Shown here in pieces: positions 19,337-28,209 of a stretch of 64,000 nt of DNA. A model generated the notes under the pieces. It saw only the letters and a list, made by a program, of their open reading frames with translations, did not search any database and was not told the DNA's origin. Source of the DNA: Dehalococcoidia bacterium (GTDB lineage: Bacteria; Chloroflexota; Dehalococcoidia; Lucifugimonadales; CATOSD01); contig DAOUJL010000039.1 of NCBI GenBank assembly GCA_034422735.1, positions 31,021 to 95,020 of the forward strand, given 5' to 3'. Within the stretch, counting starts at the first letter, position 1. Every line of letters begins with the position of its first letter. Both the position numbers and the translations under genes were made by a program.

Positions 19337-19855
19337 ATGGCAAAGCGAAGCATCATAGGGATGTTCACGGACGAGAACGTGGTCGCCGACGCGATGGACA
19401 CGCTCAACGCGGAAGGCTACACGCAGACGGAGTACGAGGTGCTCACGGGCACGCCGTACCCTGAGGGCACCTTCGGCGAGGCGGAGCCTGTGCACAAGCT
19501 GTTCAGGTGGCCGCTCATCGGCGCGGCCTGCGGCTTCATCATTGGCCTGATGCTGACCACCGGAACGCAGATAGCCTACCCGCTCGTGACCGGCGGCAAG
19601 CCGGTGCTGGGCATCCCTCCCATGGCGATAATCATGTACGAGGGCACCATGCTGGGGGCGATCCTCTTCACGATAGTGGGCATCATCTTCGAGTCCAGGC
19701 TGCCGAGGCTGTTCATGGGCGCGTACGACACACGAGTCACCGAGGGCTACATCGGCATCACCATCACGGTGGACGAGGACCGTATCGGACAGGCAGAGGA
19801 AGTGCTGAAGAGCGCCGGCGCGGAGGACATCAAGCGCGGCTGGGAGAGCAACTAA
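19337..19855 (+). CDS. actD: ACIII subunit ActD (DUF3341)
   Basis: Contains MAKRSIIGMFTDENVVADAMDTLNAEGY and then two TM helices. Start trimmed to ATG 19337, 7 nt after the actC stop. Confidence 0.8.
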   Translation: MAKRSIIGMFTDENVVADAMDTLNAEGYTQTEYEVLTGTPYPEGTFGEAEPVHKLFRWPLIGAACGFIIGLMLTTGTQIAYPLVTGGKPVLGIPPMAIIMYEGTMLGAILFTIVGIIFESRLPRLFMGAYDTRVTEGYIGITITVDEDRIGQAEEVLKSAGAEDIKRGWESN

Positions 19856-19859
19856 CCTG

Positions 19860-20567
19860 ATGGCCGCTTACGACAAGGGCGCACGCGGGAACAAGGGCGC
19901 AGGCCGCTTCGGAAAGCGAGCCGGTATCGTCGCGCTTGCGGCGCTGGCCGCGCTGACGCTGGCCGCGCTGGGCTGCTACAACAACAACACCGGCGAGACC
20001 AGCATAGGCGGGTCGATCAACTTCACCCTTCCCGCCTTCCCGGAGACCGGCCCTCACGCCGTGCAGGTGTTCACCGAGATGCACTACCAGCCCTCCTACG
20101 AGGAGCAGGAGATCCCCAGGCTGTTGCCGCCTCCGGACTCGGTGCCTGTGACGGGCCGGGAGCTCCGCTACGGCTCGATCGAGGAGTACCAGGCGCTGGC
20201 GGTTCCAGAGGCGTCCGCGCAGTCTTACGACGACGCGCACGCGGCAGTGCTCTACGACATCAACTGCGCGGTGTGCCACGGCGTGGCGCTGGACGGGCTG
20301 GGCCCGGCGGCGACCATGATAGGCGCGGACGGCCAGAAGGCCTGGGACAAGGACCCTGTTCCCGTGAACCTGACCCTCGCCGAAACCGTGTCGGCCACGG
20401 ACGGCGAGCTGTTCGGGTACATATCGCTGGGCGGCAGGCAGGGTCTGTCCGCAAGACTCAGGGACCGCGAAACCACCTCGCCGATGCCGGAGTTCATGAA
20501 GCTGCTGTCGGAAGACGAGCGCTGGACGCTGGTGCAGTACCTTAGAGCCCGCATCGGCGGCCCGTAG
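19860..20567 (+). CDS. actE: ACIII subunit ActE, monohaem cytochrome c lipoprotein
   Basis: Signal peptide with lipobox-like LAALGC, and a single CAVCHG haem motif with a distal Met region (TTSPMPEF). Confidence 0.8.
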   Translation: MAAYDKGARGNKGAGRFGKRAGIVALAALAALTLAALGCYNNNTGETSIGGSINFTLPAFPETGPHAVQVFTEMHYQPSYEEQEIPRLLPPPDSVPVTGRELRYGSIEEYQALAVPEASAQSYDDAHAAVLYDINCAVCHGVALDGLGPAATMIGADGQKAWDKDPVPVNLTLAETVSATDGELFGYISLGGRQGLSARLRDRETTSPMPEFMKLLSEDERWTLVQYLRARIGGP

Positions 20568-20611
20568 CGGAGTCGGCCCTGCGGGGCGCAAAGCACATCG
20601 AGCACAAGCGA

Positions 20612-20641
20612 AGGGCGGGTTTATCACCCGCCCTCAGTTTT
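20612..20641. terminator. Intrinsic terminator hairpin between the convergent ACIII operon and the J-domain gene
   Basis: AGGGCGGG-tttatca-CCCGCCCT followed by cagTTTT. Overlaps the stop codon of the minus-strand gene. Confidence 0.5.
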
Positions 20642-21239
20642 GCATCAAGGCGGAGAGTCTCTTCAGGACGTCCTGGACGGCAACGTCGGCTCTCCATTTC
20701 AGGTCGTAGATCAGACCGTCTCCATAGGACTCGACAGGCCAGAGGGCGAACGCGCCCACAACCGCAAGGACAACGGCGGCTACCAACAAAATCACGTTCC
20801 TGATTCGGGTGACGCGGCGGTGGGACCTGGCCCAGGCATCGAACCTCGCCTGCGAGAACGGCTGATCATACGTTTCTCGCGCTTTGGCACACTCCGCGCA
20901 CGCACAACTGGAGGGATGACTCTGGACGTTCGCAGGACGCTGCGTCCGCAGGATATCCTCGACGTAGGCCGTGTAGAACTCCACTTCTGTATCGGTCAGG
21001 TGGTTGCTGTGTCGCGCGGCCACCGTGCGGCGGCTCTTCAGCTCTTCCTCGGAGCAGGCCATGAGAACCGCGCGGGCCAGGTTCCCTCTGACCATGGTAT
21101 CGTGGCTCCCTCCCCTATCTGGGTGGTTGCGGAGCACGTAGGCCCGGTAGTGAGCGTCTACGGCGGCAAAGTCGGTGGGGCGACTGAGTCCGAGCAGCGC
21201 AAGAGCCGTAGTGACGGACATCGAGTCGCCTGGAGGCAT
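20634..21239 (-). CDS. J-domain (DnaJ N-terminal) membrane-anchored protein
   Basis: Contains ALALLGLSRPTDFAAVDAHYRAYVLRNHPDRGG (HPD motif) and a C-terminal TM helix (VILLVAAVVLAVVGAFALW). Confidence 0.75.
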   Translation of the reverse strand: MPPGDSMSVTTALALLGLSRPTDFAAVDAHYRAYVLRNHPDRGGSHDTMVRGNLARAVLMACSEEELKSRRTVAARHSNHLTDTEVEFYTAYVEDILRTQRPANVQSHPSSCACAECAKARETYDQPFSQARFDAWARSHRRVTRIRNVILLVAAVVLAVVGAFALWPVESYGDGLIYDLKWRADVAVQDVLKRLSALMQN

Positions 21240-21251
21240 AGCTGTACCTGC

Positions 21252-21470
21252 CTACCTTCTCGAGCCGACGGCGATCCGGATCCTCAAGGGACTCGCTAAC
21301 CGCTGGCCGAGGCGTATGCCCACACGAGCGACGCTGCAGCTGAACACTACCTCGCCGCCGCCGCACTCCAGCGAGATGACGCCGCGGGACGTGGATGCCT
21401 CGCGGACGACGACCTCTCGTCCGGGCGCCAGCCTGTTTTCGATGTCCAGCCCCAGCAGGTCGACCACCAT
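21252..21470 (-). CDS. Hypothetical 72-aa protein
   Basis: Sits between rpsI and the J-domain gene on the same strand. Good GC3 bias in the first half. No SD and no family recognised. Confidence 0.3.
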   Translation of the reverse strand: MVVDLLGLDIENRLAPGREVVVREASTSRGVISLECGGGEVVFSCSVARVGIRLGQRLASPLRIRIAVGSRR

Positions 21471-21496
21471 GCGCGGGCCAACCCTGGGGCGGCCGG

Positions 21497-21895
21497 CTAG
21501 CGCTTGGTGTACTGCTGGGCCTTGCGAGCGCGCTTGAGGCCGTACTTCTTGCGCTCCTTCTCCCGCGCGTCGCGCGTGAGGAAGCCCGCCCTCTTGAGCG
21601 GCCGCCTCAGGTTCGGGTCCGCGACGGAGAGCGCCCTGGAGATGCCATGGCGCATCGCGCCCGCCTGGCTTACGATGCCGCCGCCCACCACCTTGGCCAC
21701 CACGCGGAACTGGTTGCGCGTGCCGGTGACCTCGAAGGGCTGGGTGACAAGGCGCTGCCAGGAATTCCAGGGGAACGCCTCTTCCACGGGCTTGCCGTTC
21801 ACGACGATGGGCCCCGGCTCCATGTAGACGCGGACGCGCGCGATGGAGGTCTTGCGCCTGCCGGTACCGTAGTAGTAGTTCTTCTGCTCGTTCAA
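21497..21895 (-). CDS. rpsI: 30S ribosomal protein S9
   Basis: YYGTGRRKTSIARV...GLKRARKAQQYTKR. TTG start abuts the rplM stop. Confidence 0.95.
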   Translation of the reverse strand: MNEQKNYYYGTGRRKTSIARVRVYMEPGPIVVNGKPVEEAFPWNSWQRLVTQPFEVTGTRNQFRVVAKVVGGGIVSQAGAMRHGISRALSVADPNLRRPLKRAGFLTRDAREKERKKYGLKRARKAQQYTKR

Positions 21896-22345
21896 CTAGG
21901 CCTCCTTCGCCCCGTGGCCGACCCTCACCTGCGCCTCGTGCGGATGCTGATCGCCCGCGTATAGCTTCAGGCGGCCCAGCATACGGCGCCCGAGCGCGTT
22001 CTTGGGAAGCATGCCCTTCACGGACTGCTGAATAACCCTGGTGGGTGACTTCTCGAGCACCTGCGACAGCGTGCGCTCCTTCAGGCCCCCGTGGTATCCG
22101 CTGTGGCGGTAGTACATCTTCTGTTCGAGCTTCCTGCCCGTCACACGCACCTTCTCCGCGTTGATGACGACCACGTAATCACCCGTGTTGAGATGCGGCA
22201 CGTAAATGGGCTTGTGCTTGCCCTGGAGCAGCGTGGCTATCTCCGAGGCCAGCCTGCCCAGCGTCTTGTCCTTCGCGTCGATCACGTGCCATTCCGGGTT
22301 GAGGTCGGCGGCCCGCGTCGTGTGCGTCTTGCCACTTGTTGCCAT
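21896..22345 (-). CDS. rplM: 50S ribosomal protein L13
   Basis: Real start is [34 protein letters not shown]. The first 50 aa of the track ORF are spurious. Confidence 0.95.
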   Translation of the reverse strand: MATSGKTHTTRAADLNPEWHVIDAKDKTLGRLASEIATLLQGKHKPIYVPHLNTGDYVVVINAEKVRVTGRKLEQKMYYRHSGYHGGLKERTLSQVLEKSPTRVIQQSVKGMLPKNALGRRMLGRLKLYAGDQHPHEAQVRVGHGAKEA

Positions 22346-22362
22346 TTCGTCTAACGACCCTT

Positions 22363-23169
22363 TCACAAAGCCTTCGTTTCGCGGCCTCCGGTGAGGCCGC
22401 CTTCCCGGTCCGGCTGCGCGGCCGGCGGAAAGTCTGCGTATTCTACTCTCATCAGGCACAGTCCGTGCGGCGGAAGTGAGGGAGCGCCTCCGCATCCTCG
22501 CTTCCCGTCCAGCAGTGCCGCGAAGCCCTCAATCGGAAGCTTGCCTCGCCCCACCTCAACCAGCGCGCCCGCCATTCTCCTCACCTGGTGCGGAAGGAAG
22601 GCGTTGGCCGAAACGTCGAACGTAATCAGCCTGCGCTTTCGCCGCACCTCCGCCTCGTACACCCGGCGAACGGTGCTCGCCCGCCTGTCCGGCAGCGGCC
22701 CCGCGAACCTGGCGAAGTCGTGCTCGCCGACCATCAGGGCCGCGGCCTCGCGCATCCGGTCCGTGTCCAGAGGCTGCCCAACCAGGCAGGCGCACCGCCT
22801 GAGCAGCGGGGACCTCGTCCTCCGGTTCAGCACCGTGTACCTGTAGGACCGGCCCAGGGCGCCGCGACGAGGGTCGAAATCCGGTCCCACGGGGTGGGCC
22901 TCCCTCACGGCGACGTCGAGCGCGAGATGGTGATTGAGCGCGTCTACGACGGTGCCCGGGGGCAGCGTCGAGCTCGTGTCGAACGCCACCACCTGTCCCA
23001 GGGCGTGGACGCCGGCGTCGGTTCTGCCCGCCGCCTTCACTCTCACCCGTTCGCCGGTTAGCTTGTGTATCGCCTCCTCTAGCGTCCCCTGCACGGTGGG
23101 GGCATTCGGTTGAAGCTGGAACCCATGATAGCCGGCACCGTCGTATTCTACGATTAGGGCCAGCCGCAT
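22363..23169 (-). CDS. truA: tRNA pseudouridine(38-40) synthase TruA
   Basis: [33 protein letters not shown] (catalytic Asp). Confidence 0.93.
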   Translation of the reverse strand: MRLALIVEYDGAGYHGFQLQPNAPTVQGTLEEAIHKLTGERVRVKAAGRTDAGVHALGQVVAFDTSSTLPPGTVVDALNHHLALDVAVREAHPVGPDFDPRRGALGRSYRYTVLNRRTRSPLLRRCACLVGQPLDTDRMREAAALMVGEHDFARFAGPLPDRRASTVRRVYEAEVRRKRRLITFDVSANAFLPHQVRRMAGALVEVGRGKLPIEGFAALLDGKRGCGGAPSLPPHGLCLMRVEYADFPPAAQPDREGGLTGGRETKAL

Positions 23170-23186
23170 TCGGGAGGGAGACTCCT

Positions 23187-23540
23187 CTAGGGAACCAGCT
23201 CGATAACGGCCATCTCCGCGGCGTCTCCCTTACGCTGGCCGAGCTTGACTATTCTGGTGTAGCCGCCGTTGCGCTCTTCGTACCGCGGCGCGAGCTCGTC
23301 GAACAGCTTGCGCACGACATTCTCGTCCGTCAGCAGCGCGAGCGCCTTGCGCCGGCTGTGCAGGGTACCCTTCTTGCCCAGCGTGATCGTCTTTTCGGCC
23401 ATGCGCCGGATCTCTCGCGCCTTCGCGTCGGTGGTGCGAAGCGTCTCGAAGCGCAGCAGGTCCGTCACCTGGCCGCGCAACATCAGCATGCGGTGCGCGG
23501 TGGGGCGGGACAGCTTTCTGCCCGCGATTCGGTGTCTCAT
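23187..23540 (-). CDS. rplQ: 50S ribosomal protein L17
   Basis: [22 protein letters not shown]...[15 protein letters not shown]. Confidence 0.95.
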   Translation of the reverse strand: MRHRIAGRKLSRPTAHRMLMLRGQVTDLLRFETLRTTDAKAREIRRMAEKTITLGKKGTLHSRRKALALLTDENVVRKLFDELAPRYEERNGGYTRIVKLGQRKGDAAEMAVIELVP

Positions 23541-23552
23541 CTCAGGTTCTCC

Positions 23553-24812
23553 TCATTCAGCCTGGCTTACAGGCTCGGCCTCGGCCGGGGTGGCATCGGG
23601 ATCGTCGGACGGAGCATCGCCGTTCGCCAGCGCCGCGGCGGGCTGGACTTCGACGGCCTCGGACTCGTCCGTCGGCTCGCCTTCGTCCTGGTCGCCTCCG
23701 TCATCGCCCTCGGAGACGTCGCCGTAGTAACCCTCCACCTCCTGTGGCATCAGGTCGCGGGTCATCATGCTCTCCATCAGCTCGGAGTAGGACTTCTCAC
23801 CGAAGTTGCGAATCTCCAGCAGCTCATTCTTCGTCCGCTCCAGCACCTCGCCGACCACGTTCACGCCTGCGCGCTTGAGGCTGTTGAGGGTGCGGGAGGA
23901 CAGATCGAGCTGTTCCACCGGGAACTGGTACTTCTCGGCGGGTATGGCCGGCACGCGCAGCTTGGCGGCGGTGGCGCTCTCCACGATCCTGTCGACGTTG
24001 GACAGCAGGAAGAACTGGTCCACCAGGATGCGGGAAGCCTCCTTCACGGCCTGCACCGGTGTCAGGCAGCCGTCGGTCCACACTTCCAGGATCAGCCGCT
24101 CGAAGTTGGCGAAGCTCGCGCGTCTGCCGACACGTACCTTCTCTACGTGGTACTCGACCCTGGTGATGGGCGTGAACACCGCGTCCAGCGGCAGTTGGCC
24201 TATGTCGCGGCCCTCGCTGATGATGGCGGAGGTGTTACCCCTGCCGAGGTCGAGCAACACCTTCTCGCCCGGCGCGTCGGCCTCCTGCTGCTTTACCAGC
24301 ACCGCCTCGGCGCCCTGGCCGGCGGGCACGTAGCCCTTGCCGCGCTGCACGTTGAACTCCACCGACAGCCTGGCCTCAGCCGAGTCGAGCGTCGCCAGGT
24401 GAAGCTCGGGGTTGACCACTTCGATGTCCGAGGGCGCCATTATGTCGGCGGCGCTGACCTCGCCTTCGCCGGCAACCTCGAGCCTGAGCTTGCCCTGGCG
24501 GTTGACGTCCGAGCGCAGCCGGATGCCCTTGACGTTCAGCAGAAACTCGAGCACCTCTTCCTTCACGTGGGGCATCCGGTCGTACTCGTGGACCACGCCC
24601 TCGATCTTCACCCAGGTGATTGCGGTGCCCTGCAGGGAGTTGTAGAGGGCGCGCCTCAGGGTGTTTCCCACGGTAACCCCGTGCCCCGGCTCCAGCGGTT
24701 CCATGACGAACTTGCCGTAGCGTTCCTCGGCGACCTCTACCTCAATCTTCGGGGCGTCTATTCTCTCTCCGTCTTCGTCCGCGGTCTCGATGGGGGGAAA
24801 GTCTAGCACCAT
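23553..24812 (-). CDS. rpoA: DNA-directed RNA polymerase subunit alpha, with a long acidic C-terminal tail
   Basis: Real start is MVLDFPPIE..GKFVMEPLEPGHGVTVGNTLRRALY at 24812. The 683-aa track ORF runs on through rpsD out of frame. The alpha-CTD (LDLSSRTLNSLKRAGV) is followed by about 75 acidic residues. Confidence 0.93.
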   Translation of the reverse strand: MVLDFPPIETADEDGERIDAPKIEVEVAEERYGKFVMEPLEPGHGVTVGNTLRRALYNSLQGTAITWVKIEGVVHEYDRMPHVKEEVLEFLLNVKGIRLRSDVNRQGKLRLEVAGEGEVSAADIMAPSDIEVVNPELHLATLDSAEARLSVEFNVQRGKGYVPAGQGAEAVLVKQQEADAPGEKVLLDLGRGNTSAIISEGRDIGQLPLDAVFTPITRVEYHVEKVRVGRRASFANFERLILEVWTDGCLTPVQAVKEASRILVDQFFLLSNVDRIVESATAAKLRVPAIPAEKYQFPVEQLDLSSRTLNSLKRAGVNVVGEVLERTKNELLEIRNFGEKSYSELMESMMTRDLMPQEVEGYYGDVSEGDDGGDQDEGEPTDESEAVEVQPAAALANGDAPSDDPDATPAEAEPVSQAE

Positions 24813-24871
24813 ATGGGGTTCTCTCCTGTCCTGTCCTGTGGGATAGCTGGGTTGACGAATCGGAGGAGGAG

Positions 24872-25501
24872 CTACTTGGAGTAGAACTCGACGATGAGCC
24901 GGACGTCTATGCCGGTGTCGATCTCGGCGCTGTCGGGCAGACCCATGACCTCGCCGGTAAGCTTCCCGGTGTCCATCCTGAGCCAGGTGGGCACAGGGCG
25001 CTTGGGCAGCCCGTCGGTGAGCGTCTGGATGAACTCCGGCGTGGAGTCGCCCACGCGCTTCCACGAGACCACGTCGCCCTGCTTCACGAGGTACGAGGGA
25101 ATGTCCATGCGCCCGCCGTTCACGAAGAAGTGGCCGTGGTTGACGAGCTGGCGGCCCTGGCGCCGCGAGTCGACGAACGCCAGCCTGTAGACCACGTTGT
25201 CGAGCCTGCGCTCCAGTATCTGGAGCAGGTTTTCGCCGGTCACACCGGGGCGTTCGCGCGCCATCTCGAAGTAGTTCCTGAACTGGCGCTCCAGGACGCC
25301 GTAAATGAACCGGGCCTTCTGCTTCTCCCTGAGCTGGAACGCCCAGTCCGAGGGCCTGCGCCTGCGCGGCGTCTGCGCTCCGGGCGGCCTTCTGCGGCGC
25401 TCGATGGCGCAGCGCGGCGTGTAGCAGCGGTCGCCCTTCAGAAACAGCTTCTCGCCAATCCGGCGGCACTGGCGGCAGACCGGGTCTGTATATCTTGCCA
25501 T
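24872..25501 (-). CDS. rpsD: 30S ribosomal protein S4 (Cys4 zinc-finger form)
   Basis: MARYTDPVCRQCRRIGEKLFLKGDRCYTPRC.. Confidence 0.95.
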   Translation of the reverse strand: MARYTDPVCRQCRRIGEKLFLKGDRCYTPRCAIERRRRPPGAQTPRRRRPSDWAFQLREKQKARFIYGVLERQFRNYFEMARERPGVTGENLLQILERRLDNVVYRLAFVDSRRQGRQLVNHGHFFVNGGRMDIPSYLVKQGDVVSWKRVGDSTPEFIQTLTDGLPKRPVPTWLRMDTGKLTGEVMGLPDSAEIDTGIDVRLIVEFYSK

Positions 25502-25557
25502 GTCGTTCTGTGTTCCCCCGAATCCGGTTGGGTTTGATGTTTACGGAGTCTGTTTCG

Positions 25558-25620
25558 CCCTCACCCTTCGGCAGGCTCAGGGCAGGCTCTCCCTCCTCTC
25601 CCATCGAGGGAGAGGAGGGT
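25558..25620 (-). repeat. Composite hairpin repeat (long form), rpsD-rpsK spacer
   Basis: cgccctcacccttcggcaggctcagggcaggctctCCCTCCTCTCCCatcgaGGGAGAGGAGGG. It is the reverse complement of the unit at 51615..51681. Confidence 0.8.
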
Positions 25621-25628
25621 TGCAGGAA

Positions 25629-26015
25629 TCAGACGCGGCGACGCTTTCTGGGCCGGCAGCCGTTGTGCGGGATAGGCGTGACGTCGCGAATGCTGGTCAC
25701 GAACAGTCCCGCCGCCTGCAGCGAGCGGATGGCCGCCTCGCGGCCCGCTCCCGGCCCTCTCACGTAGACCTCGATCTGGCGCAGCCCGTGCTCCATCCCC
25801 TTGCGGGCGGCGTCCTCGGCCGCGCGCTGGGCGGCGAAGGCGGTGGACTTGCGCGAGCCCTTGAAGCCCACGGTGCCGGCGCTTCCCCAGGCGATTACGT
25901 TGCCGCGCGGGTCGGTCAGCGTGATGATGGTGTTGTTGAACGTGGACTGGATGTACGCCCGGCCCACGGGGACCGACTTGCGTTCCCTGCGCCTAGTTCG
26001 CGCTCTTCTCGGCAT
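25629..26015 (-). CDS. rpsK: 30S ribosomal protein S11
   Basis: [36 protein letters not shown]. Confidence 0.95.
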   Translation of the reverse strand: MPRRARTRRRERKSVPVGRAYIQSTFNNTIITLTDPRGNVIAWGSAGTVGFKGSRKSTAFAAQRAAEDAARKGMEHGLRQIEVYVRGPGAGREAAIRSLQAAGLFVTSIRDVTPIPHNGCRPRKRRRV

Positions 26016-26041
26016 GATTCGCTCTCTTTCGACTAGCTCGA

Positions 26042-26082
26042 GTCCCTTCCCCCTCGCAGGGGGAAGGTTAGGATGGGGGTGA
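26042..26082 (+). repeat. Hairpin repeat, rpsK-rpsM spacer
   Basis: GTCCCTTCCCCCTCGCAGGGGGAAGGTTAGGATGGGGGTGA. Confidence 0.85.
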
Positions 26083-26087
26083 CCCCA

Positions 26088-26477
26088 CTACTTGCGCGTA
26101 ACGCTGTGCCTGCGCCCGGCGACGGTACGCTTCGCGCCCCGCTTGGTCCTCGCGTTGGTCTTGGTGCGCTGGCCGCGCACCGGCAGGCCGCGGCGGTGGC
26201 GCAAGCCGCGATAGCAGTTGATGTCGATGAGGCGGCGAATGTTCATGTTCACCTGGCGGCGAAGGTCGCCCTCTACCAGGTGCTCCTTATCGCCGTCCAC
26301 AATCTCGCGTATGCGGTTGAGGTCGGCGTCCGAGAGGTCCCGCACGCGGGGGTTGTCCTCCAGGCCGGCCTGCGACACTATCTCGGCCGCCCGCGTGGGG
26401 CCTATGCCGAATATGCTCCGCAGCGATATGGACACTCGCTTGTTGTCCGGTATGTTGACGCCAGAGATTATCGCCAT
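26088..26477 (-). CDS. rpsM: 30S ribosomal protein S13
   Basis: Real start is [30 protein letters not shown] at 26477, preceded by AGGAGG. The track ORF over-extends through rpmJ. Confidence 0.95.
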   Translation of the reverse strand: MAIISGVNIPDNKRVSISLRSIFGIGPTRAAEIVSQAGLEDNPRVRDLSDADLNRIREIVDGDKEHLVEGDLRRQVNMNIRRLIDINCYRGLRHRRGLPVRGQRTKTNARTKRGAKRTVAGRRHSVTRK

Positions 26478-26490
26478 GTTCTTCCTCCTG

Positions 26491-26530
26491 CACCCCCGTC
26501 TTAACCTTCCCCCTGCGAGAGGGAAGGGAC
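26491..26530 (-). repeat. Hairpin repeat (inverted orientation), rpsM-rpmJ spacer
   Basis: Reverse complement reads GTCCCTTCCCTCTCGCAGGGGGAAGGTTAAGACGGGGGTG. A second short hairpin, CTTCCCCaaaGGGGGGAG, follows at 26538..26555. Confidence 0.85.
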
Positions 26531-26566
26531 TTTTGGTGCTTCCCCAAAGGGGGGAGATAACCGGGT

Positions 26567-26680
26567 CTAGCCCTGCCTCTGCTTGTGCTTGGCGTTCTCG
26601 CAGATAACGAGCACGCGCCCGCGCCTTCTGACTACCTTGCACTTGGCGCAACGCCTCTTGACCGATGCCGATACCTTCAT
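26567..26680 (-). CDS. rpmJ: 50S ribosomal protein L36 (zinc-binding form)
   Basis: Below the ORF-track size cutoff. My translation is [37 protein letters not shown]. The ATG overlaps the map stop (ATGA). Confidence 0.93.
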   Translation of the reverse strand: MKVSASVKRRCAKCKVVRRRGRVLVICENAKHKQRQG

Positions 26681-27522
26681 TTGCGGTCTCCGCTCTGTGT
26701 GGCCTTCCGCTGGTCTTCGAGCCGGGTGAGCACCTCGGCGCCCTTCGCGGTGATGGCCACCGTGTCTTCGAAGTGGGCCGACAGGCTGCCGTCGGCGGTC
26801 GCGACGGTCCAGCCGTCCGGTAGCACCTTCGTCTCCCAGCCTCCAATGTTAAGCATGGGCTCTATGGCCACGGCCATGCCCTTGCGCAGCAGGTAGCCCT
26901 TCCGCGGCGACCCGTAGTTGGGCACCTGCGGCTCCTCGTGCATGGCGCGGCCTATGCCGTGGCCGACGTACTGGCGCACCACCGAGTATCCCAGGCCCTC
27001 CCCATAGGTTTGGATGGCGTGGGATATGTCGCCCACTCTCGCGCCGGCGCGCACCTGCTCGATGCCCCGCTCCAGGGCTTCGAGGGTGGCATCCATGAGG
27101 CGCTGGGCGTCCTCGGAGATTTCGCCCACGCCCATGGTGAAGGCGCTGTCGCCGTGGAATCCCTCAACTATCGCGCCCACGTCCACGCTCAAAATGTCGC
27201 CTTCCCGGAGCGCCCTCTTTCCCGGTATGCCGTGAACGATCTCCTCGTTGATCGACGCGCATATCGTAGCGGGGAAGGGACTCATTCCGTAGGGCGCGTA
27301 GCCCTTGAACGACGGGACCGCGCCCAGGCCGCGAATCGTCTCCTCGGCCACCCGGTCGAGCTCGCGGGTCGTCACGCCCGGGCGCACGGCATCGCGCACG
27401 CTGGCCTTGGCCTGGGCTACCACCCTGCCCGCCTGGCGCATCAACTCGATCTCCTTGTCGGACTTGATCGTTATTCCGCTCGGCCCCACTGCCTTCATCA
27501 CCCTCGTTCTGGTCCGGTTCAC
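26677..27522 (-). CDS. map: Type I methionine aminopeptidase
   Basis: Contains [35 protein letters not shown] and AIEPM. The start is ambiguous: GTG 27522 has a GAGG SD, and ATG 27498 is the alternative. Confidence 0.92.
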   Translation of the reverse strand: MNRTRTRVMKAVGPSGITIKSDKEIELMRQAGRVVAQAKASVRDAVRPGVTTRELDRVAEETIRGLGAVPSFKGYAPYGMSPFPATICASINEEIVHGIPGKRALREGDILSVDVGAIVEGFHGDSAFTMGVGEISEDAQRLMDATLEALERGIEQVRAGARVGDISHAIQTYGEGLGYSVVRQYVGHGIGRAMHEEPQVPNYGSPRKGYLLRKGMAVAIEPMLNIGGWETKVLPDGWTVATADGSLSAHFEDTVAITAKGAEVLTRLEDQRKATQSGDRK

Positions 27523-27524
27523 GA

Positions 27525-28187
27525 CTACCTCGCCGGCGCGGTCCGGCGACGTCGCACCACATACATCAACCTGCTGGCCACCTGTTCCATCGACCCTTCG
27601 CCGTCGATGTCCGCCAGGTTGCCCCGTTCGCGGTAGTAGGCCACCAGCGGCTCCGTCTGCTCCTGGTAAACCTCGATGCGCGTACTCACGGCCTCCGGCA
27701 TGTCGTCCGGGCGGCGGAACAACTCACCGCCGCACTGGTCGCACTCCCCTTCCCGCGCGGGCGGCGAGAAGCTCTCATGGTACGGCGTCTGGCATCTGCG
27801 GCATAGCAGCCTGCCCGTGAGCCGGCGGGTCAACTCCTCGGTGGAGACATCCATGTACAGCACGGTGTCTATCGGCTCCGCTTCCCCGAGCCGGTCGTCG
27901 AGTGCCTGGGCTTGCGCCAGATTCCTGGGGAATCCGTCGAGCACGAACCCACGCCTGCGGTCCGGGTCGTCTATCCAGTCCATCACCATATCTATGGTGA
28001 CGTCGTCCGGCACGAGCGCGCCGCGGTCCATGTACGAGCCGGCCAGCCGGCCCAGCTCGGTGCCGCGACTGCGGTGTTCGCGCAGCAGGTCGCCCGACGA
28101 AACGCGCGACACCGACAGCGCGTCGGCTACGCGCTGCGCCTGCGTTCCCTTGCCCGCTCCCGGCGGCCCCAGCAGAACTACTCGCAC
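27525..28187 (-). CDS. adk: Adenylate kinase (zinc-lid form)
   Basis: MRVVLLGPPGAGKGTQA. The lid carries CRRCQTPYH..CDQCGG. Confidence 0.95.
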   Translation of the reverse strand: MRVVLLGPPGAGKGTQAQRVADALSVSRVSSGDLLREHRSRGTELGRLAGSYMDRGALVPDDVTIDMVMDWIDDPDRRRGFVLDGFPRNLAQAQALDDRLGEAEPIDTVLYMDVSTEELTRRLTGRLLCRRCQTPYHESFSPPAREGECDQCGGELFRRPDDMPEAVSTRIEVYQEQTEPLVAYYRERGNLADIDGEGSMEQVASRLMYVVRRRRTAPAR

Positions 28188-28209
28188 TGTCCGGTTTGTC
28201 CTCCCACCC

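Noticed and set aside
16662-19358. Very long track ORFs in wrong frames or on the wrong strand. Examples: 898 aa at 16662..19358 (+); 551 aa at 16312..17967 (-); 746 aa at 35850..38090 (+); 515 aa at 9219..10766 (+) and at 30328..31875 (+); 509 aa at 27676..29205 (+); 482 aa at 23358..24806 (+).
   Set aside because: They are Arg/Ala/Gly/Pro-rich with no motifs, and they overlap genes with unmistakable family signatures (ACIII subunits, r-proteins, secY, rpoA). Open alternative frames are expected by chance at this G+C content.
23553-25604. Over-extended 5' ends of real genes in the track. Examples: rpoA as 683 aa, rplD as 399 aa, rpsM as 252 aa, rplX as 257 aa, rbsK as 385 aa and pyrD as 464 aa.
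   Set aside because: The extensions run through the upstream gene in another frame and are low-complexity Arg-rich. Internal starts with SD sequences or ATGA/GTGA coupling give proteins of canonical length and N-terminus.
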